DNA of 48,210 nucleotides from Minisyncoccia bacterium (lineage in GTDB: Bacteria; Patescibacteriota; Minisyncoccia; Phycocordibacterales; UBA9973). Location: the NCBI GenBank assembly GCA_049287045.1, contig JBAQFC010000002.1:1-48210 (forward strand), in the 5' to 3' direction. Positions within the stretch are counted from its first letter, which is position 1, and every line of letters starts with the position of its first letter. The notes below the pieces were generated by a model. That model did not search any database. It worked only from the letters and a program-made list of their open reading frames with translations, and was not told where the DNA came from. Positions 8,866 through 14,295 of this stretch are shown here, one piece after another. A program made the translations under genes and the position numbers.

Positions 8866-9258
8866 TCGGGAGTAGCTCAGCGGTAGAGCGGTCGCCTGTG
8901 GAAATTTCCTCCCTTTGGTATAATATAATTATTATGTCAGATAATAGGAAATATGCTGATAAAGCATCACGCAGCTTTCTATTGAAAAATAGATCGAAAA
9001 TGGGGTGAATTCGGGGAAACCCAAACTTGTAATGAGTGGGTAATCCCGAGCCAAGCTCTGATGAAAATCAGAGAAGGTGTAGAGACTATCTCGCAAGAGA
9101 GTAGTGTTCCAATTATTTTGGAATCCGAAGCGCCTCACTTCTAAGTTTTGCAACATTATTTTTTGTTTGCAAAATATGGAGATGATATAGTCCGTACCAT
9201 TAGTAATAATGGAGAAAACGTAAGCGATTGGTCGTAGGTTCGATCCCTACCTCCCGAG
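8866..9258 (+). tRNA. tRNA-Asn(GUU) interrupted by a group I intron (exons 8866..8899 and 9221..9258)
   Basis: 5' exon: TCGGGAG TA GCTC AGCGGTA GAGC G GTCGC CTGT. 3' exon: TAA GCGAT TGGTC GTAGG TTCGATC CCTAC CTCCCGA G. The joined anticodon loop is CTGTTAA. U1-A72 and G73 as in E. coli tRNA-Asn. Confidence 0.85.
8900..9220 (+). ncRNA. group I intron, subgroup IC3-like, no ORF
   Basis: Core blocks are nearly identical to the Azoarcus tRNA-Ile and Anabaena tRNA-Leu introns as I recall them: GGGGTGAATTCGGGGAAACCCAAAC, AATCCCGAGCCAAGC, GAAGGTGTAGAGACTA, GATATAGTCCG. The 5' exon ends in U and the intron ends in G. A candidate IGS, GCAG, pairs with exon CUGU and gives a U.G wobble at the splice site. 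Confidence 0.85.
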
Positions 9259-9273
9259 CATTTAAAATCTTTA

Positions 9274-9300
9274 GCACCCTTTTGGGTGCTTTTGATTTTT
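9274..9300 (+). terminator. terminator after tRNA-Asn
   Basis: GCACCC-TTTT-GGGTGC followed by TTTTGATTTTT. Confidence 0.75.
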
Positions 9301-9302
9301 AT

Positions 9303-9439
9303 GCTCAGGAGAGAGAGCCAACTGCTTGGCTCTCGGGTAGGGAGCGAAAAGCTTTTCTGTGTTTTTAAAAATCATAGATTTTAAAAAACTAGAAAAGGTA
9401 TACTGCGGCTGTAAGCCGAGATCACCCTACCTCCCGAGC
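9303..9439 (+). repeat. tRNA-3'-end-mirroring structured element, Asn-type, copy 1
   Basis: 5' arm GCTCAGGAG + hairpin (9312-9334) + GGGTAGGGAGCGA is the reverse complement of the tRNA-Asn 3' end (TCGATCCCTAC|CTCCCGAGC). The 3' arm CCCTACCTCCCGAGC (9425-9439) is a direct copy of that 3' end. About 80% identical to 11054..11189, with compensatory changes in hairpins. Confidence 0.8.
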
Positions 9440-9443
9440 CAGC

Positions 9444-9476
9444 AAAAATCACTTTAGAAATAAGGTGATTTTTTGT
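9444..9476 (+). terminator. terminator-like hairpin closing element copy 1
   Basis: AAAAATCAC-loop-GTGATTTTTTG. Confidence 0.55.
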
Positions 9477-9498
9477 TACCTAAGTGGAAGTTCGAACC

Positions 9499-9650
9499 TT
9501 GACGAGTTAACAAATCTTTGGTAAGGTAACGGCAGTAATCAGTTGTTTGAAAATATTGGTTTTAATGTTTATTTAGTGAATTACCTTGGTCTTCTATATG
9601 GAGATTGAAGTAGTTCATTAAATTACTAACAATTTTAAATCATTAAAAAA
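9499..9650 (+). promoter_or_regulatory. promoter plus conserved 5' leader of about 125 nt, module copy 1
   Basis: TTGACG (9499-9504), 17-nt spacer, TAAGGT (9522-9527). About 70% identical over about 150 nt to 12895..13050, including a conserved stem-loop with loop CTTCTATAYGGAGA. Confidence 0.65.
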
Positions 9651-10325
9651 ATGAAAACATTAGAATTTAAAATTCTTTCCGATGAGGTACTCTCGTTTGA
9701 AAATTTCATTGACGTCATGTTAAATCAGGCATCTTTTCCAAATACTCTAGGCGACCTCCACAAATGGATAAAGGGTGAATATTGCAAGAGTGGCAGGCAT
9801 TATCATAATTTTGAGCATATAGGAGATTGTCTTATAAATCTTTCTATGTTTAGAGATTCCGTTGATCATGGAATTTATGGGAATAGCCAAGCTATTTTTA
9901 CTGCTATATATTTCCACGATATTGTTTACTTTCCAGGAAGAAATAATAATGAAGAATTATCTGCTACTGTTGCCGAATCAGCCCTTATATCACTAGGATG
10001 CAAAAAGGATTTTATCGAGCTGGTAAAAAAACTTATTATGGCAACCAAGCATAATCAAGTTTTAGAAACAGACGAGGAAAAACTTATTGCCGACATTGAC
10101 CTTTTAGGATTCGCTCTGCCTTGGGAAAAATATTTGGAGATGACAACAAAAATTTATGAAGAGTTCGGTGCTCTATATACTAAGAGTGAATTTATAAATA
10201 GACGCAAGGGCTTCCTAAGGAAAAACTTCTTTTCGAAAGATAGGATTTACTACACACCTTATTTTTATGAAAACTGCGAAAAATCCGCAAGAGATAATTT
10301 CCAAAGATTTTTAGCTCTGGAATAA
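9651..10325 (+). CDS. HD-superfamily phosphohydrolase-like protein
   Basis: RHYHNFEHIGDCL ... FHDIVYFPG motif pair, typical of the COG4339-type HD family. Confidence 0.65.
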   Translation: MKTLEFKILSDEVLSFENFIDVMLNQASFPNTLGDLHKWIKGEYCKSGRHYHNFEHIGDCLINLSMFRDSVDHGIYGNSQAIFTAIYFHDIVYFPGRNNNEELSATVAESALISLGCKKDFIELVKKLIMATKHNQVLETDEEKLIADIDLLGFALPWEKYLEMTTKIYEEFGALYTKSEFINRRKGFLRKNFFSKDRIYYTPYFYENCEKSARDNFQRFLALE

Positions 10326-10350
10326 TACTGTTTTTGTAATAAAATTATAA

Positions 10351-10384
10351 GGCTGTTCACGTAAGTGTTCAGCCTTTTATTATT
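10351..10384 (+). terminator. terminator of the 9651..10325 gene
   Basis: GGCTGTTCAC-GTAA-GTGTTCAGCC followed by TTTTATTATTT. Confidence 0.7.
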
Positions 10385-10388
10385 TCTA

Positions 10389-10415
10389 TTCGAATGTCAT
10401 CCCAAGTTCGGAGCA
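10389..10415 (+). repeat. hairpin motif copy A (TTCGAATGTCATCCCAAGTTCGGAGCA)
   Basis: Member of a motif with 4 direct copies plus 1 inverted copy. Stem TTCGAA/GTTCGGA around a conserved loop, followed by a terminator-like hairpin ACCAT..ATGGTGTTTTT (10425-10448). Confidence 0.7.
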
Positions 10416-10453
10416 AAATTTATAACCATATTTATCAATGGTGTTTTTGCCTA

Positions 10454-10475
10454 CCAACTTGGGACGTTCGAACTT
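10454..10475 (-). repeat. hairpin motif, inverted copy
   Basis: Minus strand reads AAGTTCGAACGTCCCAAGTTGG. It forms an inverted pair with copy A across about 38 nt. Confidence 0.55.
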
Positions 10476-10502
10476 AGATTATTTTTATGTTATAACTTAT
10501 AC

Positions 10503-10952
10503 ATGGAAGGAATAAACAAAAAGTCAGAACTACACAACTCTCTTCAAAGAAAAGTAGAACTTGCGTCAAAATATAATAAGGGCGACGAGTTACCTGTAGA
10601 TTTTAAAAAAATAGAAGGTGCTGTGGGTATGTTTGATATCTTGTTAGAGGGTGAAAAAGTAGGTACTTTTGAAATAGCAGATACAAATCCTGAGGAAGAA
10701 AACTTGAGCGTAAAAACCAAACAGTTAGGTTTTATCAGGATTGATGATTTGTTTTTAAATAAAGGATTAGGTAAACAATTTTATATCGTTTTAAATAATT
10801 ATTTGAAAAATACAGAAGATTCTGTACTTGAGTCATCAGGAGAACATATTACTCCTCAAGCTAAGCGAGTGTGGGCTTCCTTGCTAAAGGATGGGTTGGT
10901 TTATAAAGAAGGAACTAGATCAAACGGCGAAGATTTTTATAGATTTAAATAA
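10503..10952 (+). CDS. hypothetical protein (149 aa), possibly acetyltransferase-like
   Basis: ATG at 10503 (MEGINKK...). The longer track ORF from 10365 would run through the terminator and repeat motifs. The segment FIRIDDLFLNKGLGKQFY is only weakly GNAT-like. Confidence 0.5.
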   Translation: MEGINKKSELHNSLQRKVELASKYNKGDELPVDFKKIEGAVGMFDILLEGEKVGTFEIADTNPEEENLSVKTKQLGFIRIDDLFLNKGLGKQFYIVLNNYLKNTEDSVLESSGEHITPQAKRVWASLLKDGLVYKEGTRSNGEDFYRFK

Positions 10953-10983
10953 TGTTTAAATCTGCTTTCTATCAATGATGACT

Positions 10984-11011
10984 CTCCGAACATCATCCCA
11001 AGTTCGGAGCA
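10984..11011 (+). repeat. hairpin motif copy B (CTCCGAACATCATCCCAAGTTCGGAGCA)
   Basis: 8-bp stem CTCCGAAC/GTTCGGAG with loop ATCATCCCAA. It occupies the position that the tRNA-Asn 3' end occupies next to copy 1. Confidence 0.7.
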
Positions 11012-11024
11012 TTAAAAAATCTTA

Positions 11025-11050
11025 GCACCCTTTTGGGTGCTTTTGATTTT
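11025..11050 (+). terminator. terminator hairpin identical to the one after tRNA-Asn
   Basis: GCACCC-TTTT-GGGTGC followed by TTTTGATTTTT. Confidence 0.7.
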
Positions 11051-11053
11051 TAT

Positions 11054-11189
11054 GCTCGGGAGACAAAGCAAACTTCTTTGCTTTGGTGTAGGGAGCGAAA
11101 AGCTTTTCTGTGTTTTTGGAAATCTTTGATTTACAAAAACGAGAAAAGGTATACTGTTCCTGTAAGGAAAGATACCCTACCTACCGAGC
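11054..11189 (+). repeat. tRNA-3'-end-mirroring structured element, Asn-type, copy 2 (no adjacent tRNA)
   Basis: GCTCGGGAG + hairpin CAAAGCAAA-CTTC-TTTGCTTTG + GTGTAGGGAGCGA ... GTATACTG TTCCT-GTA-AGGAA ... CCCTACCTACCGAGC (11175-11189). Confidence 0.8.
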
Positions 11190-11425
11190 CAGATGCGTCA
11201 AAATAAAATTTGACTAGTGTATGTACTATGATATGCTATAAGCATCACTATGAAAGAGACCCTTATGCAGATTCGTCTGCATCGGGGGCTTTTTCTTTTT
11301 AGGGCTTACTTGAGAACTTATGATAATGTTCGTTTAAGAAAGTTATTTCTATATTTTTATTTCTTAATAAAATTGAACATTTGTTTTTATCTGGAGCAAT
11401 AATGCAATGAATTGACTTGTTCCCT

Positions 11426-11446
11426 CATTGTCCCAAGTTCGGAGCA
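11426..11446 (+). repeat. hairpin motif copy C (3' half: CATTGTCCCAAGTTCGGAGCA)
   Basis: Shares CCCAAGTTCGGAGCATTA with copy B and TTACAAAGAC with copy D. Followed by hairpin ACATTGA-CAGG-TCAATGT (11455-11472). Confidence 0.55.
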
Positions 11447-11457
11447 TTACAAAGACA

Positions 11458-11486
11458 TTGACAGGTCAATGTATTGTTTGTAGTAT
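11458..11486 (+). promoter_or_regulatory. promoter of the 11533..12108 gene
   Basis: TTGACA (11458-11463), 17-nt spacer, TAGTAT (11481-11486). Confidence 0.55.
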
Positions 11487-11532
11487 GATGGTAAATTAAC
11501 GGAGTCCTTAAACAATACTAAATATAGAAAAA

Positions 11533-12108
11533 ATGAATATTGAAAAAGATATCTCAAATCAACTTAAAGAGAGATCAGATTTATTTTCTGATTTTTTAAA
11601 TTTAAAAGTACTACATATTCCCTCTACCGAAGAACCTCTCTCTTATTATTTTATTTTACTTGGAATTGATTTAAAGGAGAAGCAATCTTTTTTAAAAAAT
11701 ATAAGTTTTATGGAACTTATGAAAGATGTTTTAGATAAGCGTGATAATACTCGTGAAATTGAACTTGAATATCAAGGAACAATAGAGCATCTTGATGATC
11801 ACAAACCATGGTGTTTTCTTGAACAAGTTCTTCTTAATCCATACAAAGAAGATGAAAGCTATGACACAAGGAGCTACTATGCTTATAAGGATTATAAAAA
11901 GAATGTTTTTTATGATTGGTATCATGACGTAGGTTGGAAAGGAAGAACAGATATTGTCCAAGTAAATGACGCATCTTTTACTCCCAAAAAATCTTTGAAA
12001 ACATTTTTGGAAGTTAATGGTTTTTCAAAAGACATAATTCCAAAAGTGCATATTGTAAGATGTGTGCGTCATCCTGTTGGAGAGAAAATATATTATGTTG
12101 GCTCATGA
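11533..12108 (+). CDS. hypothetical protein (191 aa)
   Basis: Clean ORF with promoter and terminator. No family recognised. Confidence 0.55.
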   Translation: MNIEKDISNQLKERSDLFSDFLNLKVLHIPSTEEPLSYYFILLGIDLKEKQSFLKNISFMELMKDVLDKRDNTREIELEYQGTIEHLDDHKPWCFLEQVLLNPYKEDESYDTRSYYAYKDYKKNVFYDWYHDVGWKGRTDIVQVNDASFTPKKSLKTFLEVNGFSKDIIPKVHIVRCVRHPVGEKIYYVGS

Positions 12109-12122
12109 TAGTACACCAATTT

Positions 12123-12150
12123 AATCCCTTGAAATTCAAGGGATTTTTTA
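12123..12150 (+). terminator. terminator of the 11533..12108 gene
   Basis: AATCCCTTG-AAAT-TCAAGGGATT followed by TTTTA. Confidence 0.75.
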
Positions 12151-12154
12151 TTGC

Positions 12155-12193
12155 AATAAAAAACACCACCCGATAAATATATAAAGGGTGGTG
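12155..12193 (-). terminator. terminator of the 12220..12819 gene
   Basis: Minus strand: CACCACCC-loop-GGGTGGTG followed by TTTTTT. Confidence 0.7.
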
Positions 12194-12219
12194 CATGACA
12201 GTTTGTTGTCGTAAGTATG

Positions 12220-12819
12220 CTATTCTTCTTTTGGTTTGAATCCAAGGTCTTTTAAGAGAGGGAATTTTTTTATCATTCTAATAATTTCTATCGCTCTTTT
12301 TGGAAATTTTAAGCTCTTAAGATGTTTTTCTGTACAATTTAAGCAATCCCCGACAGTTTTAAACCCATTTTTCTTTAAAATTTCTACGTAATCTTTAAGA
12401 AACGAGTTAACTTCTATCGGCTCTGTAAGTTCTTTTTGTAATTGTTCCGACTTGAATTTTTTCTCATTAAATTCTATTTCCTTCATTAAATTCTCGATTT
12501 TTTCAACCCCATAGAGTTTCTTAGCATCTTCTATGAGCTTTTGGTATATTTCATTACCAAACTTTCTGCTGAAATATCCGTAGAAAGTTTCCTTATCATA
12601 ATGATGACAATAATCATGAATATGACAAGTATGAGATGACCCAACATAAGCGATACTTCCAACATTTCTTCTTTCCTCAAAGAAAATTGACCCATCCTCA
12701 AGTAGAGAAATCTTTATAGAATCACTACTCATATAGTCGTATCTTGATCCCTTTTTGGAATTTTCTTCCCATGGGACAATGACAGTAGATAAGACACTTA
12801 AAATCTTTTTTGTTTTCAT
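12220..12819 (-). CDS. hypothetical protein with C-terminal helix-hairpin-helix-like segment
   Basis: ATG at 12819 (MKTKKILS...). The C-terminal segment GFKTVGDCLNCTEKHLKSLKFPKRAIEIIRMIKK resembles an RpoA-CTD/HhH fold. His/Cys cluster HTCHIHDYCHHY. Confidence 0.5.
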   Translation of the reverse strand: MKTKKILSVLSTVIVPWEENSKKGSRYDYMSSDSIKISLLEDGSIFFEERRNVGSIAYVGSSHTCHIHDYCHHYDKETFYGYFSRKFGNEIYQKLIEDAKKLYGVEKIENLMKEIEFNEKKFKSEQLQKELTEPIEVNSFLKDYVEILKKNGFKTVGDCLNCTEKHLKSLKFPKRAIEIIRMIKKFPLLKDLGFKPKEE

Positions 12820-12894
12820 GTGTTTTAGTTTTAAATGAACCAAATCGGCTCGGTTAGTATTAGGAATTTCTGATTGAACATTACCACTTAATCA

Positions 12895-13050
12895 TTGACG
12901 AGTCAACAAATCTTTGGTAATGTAGTGGCAAGATTTAGTTATTTGAAATACAGATTTTGTTGTTATTGATTTAGTTGCTTTGAGCTTCTATACGGAGACT
13001 AAAGTGACTAAATCAATAAATTAATTTCACAATTTAAAACCACAACGAAA
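12895..13050 (+). promoter_or_regulatory. promoter plus conserved 5' leader, module copy 2
   Basis: TTGACG (12895-12900), 17-nt spacer, TAATGT (12918-12923). Stem TTGATTTAGT/ACTAAATCAA encloses CTTCTATACGGAGA. Homologous to 9499..9650. Confidence 0.65.
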
Positions 13051-13527
13051 ATGAAAAAATATCATTTCAAACATCACTTCCGTGATGAAGAAACTGCTGG
13101 GGCATTTAGATCTTTTGCAAAGCAGCTCCTAAAAATAAGAAAGCAAATACAACACTATCGAAAGGACAAATTAAAGAGAAAAGAGATCTTTAATTTAGCT
13201 TGCTCTCATAAAGAATTAGGAAATTTATTTGAGAGAAAACTCAACGATGATTCTATAAATATAGCAAAAGAGTTGAGTCCTGTTTTTACATCAGAGTTTA
13301 ATGGTGTAATTGTTAAGGTTGTTAAATCATCAACATTAAAATCGATTGAAAGGCAATACATAAGAATTGTAAACGAAAGAACATTCCTTGATAAGGATAG
13401 TCAGGAACCTACCAAATTTAACAAAAAAGAAAATAACACGAGACCGTTGAAAGACGTATTAATTTTCCCAGTTAGAACTATGGAAGATATTCTTAAAAAG
13501 AAAAAAAGAAGATACCCAAAAAGATAG
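13051..13527 (+). CDS. hypothetical basic protein (158 aa)
   Basis: Clean ORF behind the module-2 leader. Lys/Arg-rich, no family recognised. Confidence 0.55.
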   Translation: MKKYHFKHHFRDEETAGAFRSFAKQLLKIRKQIQHYRKDKLKRKEIFNLACSHKELGNLFERKLNDDSINIAKELSPVFTSEFNGVIVKVVKSSTLKSIERQYIRIVNERTFLDKDSQEPTKFNKKENNTRPLKDVLIFPVRTMEDILKKKKRRYPKR

Positions 13528-13548
13528 AAGTCTTAATTAAAAGTTAAA

Positions 13549-13582
13549 AACCTAATTTACTGAAAAGTGATTAGGTTTTTTT
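13549..13582 (+). terminator. terminator of the 13051..13527 gene
   Basis: AACCTAAT-loop-ATTAGGTT followed by TTTTTTATTT. Confidence 0.7.
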
Positions 13583-13603
13583 ATTTCCCATCCAAAATAC
13601 TCA

Positions 13604-13629
13604 TTCGAACATCATCCCAAGTTCGGAGA
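13604..13629 (+). repeat. hairpin motif copy D (TTCGAACATCATCCCAAGTTCGGAGA)
   Basis: Same stem and loop as copy B. Followed by TTACAAAG and the terminator hairpin at 13643-13666. Confidence 0.7.
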
Positions 13630-13642
13630 AAATTTACAAAGA

Positions 13643-13666
13643 CTCGTACGAAAGTACGGGTTTTTG
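13643..13666 (+). terminator. terminator hairpin after motif D
   Basis: CTCGTAC-GAAA-GTACGGG followed by TTTTTG. Confidence 0.6.
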
Positions 13667-13685
13667 TATTGTCTTTTTGTACAAA

Positions 13686-13712
13686 CAAAAAACACCCCGA
13701 AAGGTGTTTTTT
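13686..13712. terminator. bidirectional terminator hairpin
   Basis: AAAAAACACC-CCGAA-AGGTGTTTTTT. Confidence 0.55.
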
Positions 13713-13800
13713 GCGGCACTTATGTTATTTAACGAATAGTATGAGTTTTACCTCACACCCACACAAACAGTATAGCATACTCCAATAAAAAAAGCAAGCG

Positions 13801-13830
13801 AAAACCCCCGATTTTAATCGGGGGTTTTCT
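13801..13830 (-). terminator. terminator of rnpB
   Basis: GAAAACCCCCGATT-TTAA-TCGGGGGTTTTC, a symmetric hairpin immediately 3' of the RNase P RNA. Confidence 0.7.
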
Positions 13831-13837
13831 TGTGTCT

Positions 13838-14212
13838 AATGTCTTGCATCTGTAAGCCGAATTCTGTATTCCAGCCGAAGCTGAAACGATAGTCATTTGT
13901 CTAGGCCTGACATTACTATCAGGCTCAAGCGATTCTCCCCGACCGAAGCCAGAGCACGATCTTGCATAGAGGTAAGGATTTAGCCGTTTCATATTCTATA
14001 TTACTATAGAACTCATCCTATGATTACTCATAGGATGATCTTTCCCTTTCGAGAAAAATCGTCTCTGTTCGCACCTATATATTGCTATATGCGGGCGTTA
14101 CCCGCTACCATTCCCTTCCCGAAGGATTCGCTATGTTCGGACTTTCCTCCCTTCAGCTTCGCTCAGGGCAAGCCCCTAACAAAACCAAAGAGTAACTACC
14201 CAACGCAGGACA
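13838..14212 (-). ncRNA. rnpB: RNase P RNA, bacterial type A
   Basis: Minus strand contains GGGAGGAAAGTCCGAAC (P4 5' strand), GGTAACGCC, and ACAGAATTCGGCTTAC (P4 3' strand). P1 pairing is GTCCTGCGTTGG with CAGATGCAAGAC. End coordinates are good to within about 5 nt. Confidence 0.9.
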
Positions 14213-14295
14213 AAAACACTATACAATAAAATTGAAAATTGCACAAAAAAATAGGCTTCCAGAAATTATCTGGAAGCCTACACTCTTTAATTATT

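Noticed and set aside
8932-9156. 74-aa ORF on the minus strand that could be taken for an intron-encoded protein
   Set aside because: It lies antisense to the conserved catalytic core of the group I intron. It has no homing-endonuclease motifs, and the intron is too short (321 nt) to host one.
9303-9347. 5' arm of the mirroring elements as a retroelement-style primer-binding site or T-box-like tRNA sensor
   Set aside because: The complementarity extends into the genomic trailer (..GAGCAT, ..GCGCA) rather than a mature CCA end. It covers about 21 nt of the T-arm and acceptor rather than the NCCA/anticodon contacts of T-boxes. No reverse transcriptase or downstream regulated aminoacyl-tRNA-related gene is present.
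10365-10502. N-terminal extension of the 10503..10952 gene as given in the ORF track
   Set aside because: The extension starts at a non-ATG codon and reads through hairpin motif A, its terminator-like hairpin and the inverted motif copy. The ATG at 10503 is the sensible start.
10389-13629. Hairpin motif copies interpreted as integron attC sites (a cassette array)
   Set aside because: The stems are only about 8 bp. The RYYYAAC/GTTRRRY core sites are only partly matched (TCCGAAC / GTTCGGA). One ORF is on the opposite strand, and no intI or attI is present. I kept this as an unexplained boundary motif instead.
13753-14229. Track ORFs 13753..13992 (-) and 14020..14229 (+), and 13567..13788 (+)
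   Set aside because: They overlap the RNase P RNA gene and the stack of terminators, and they have no coding features.
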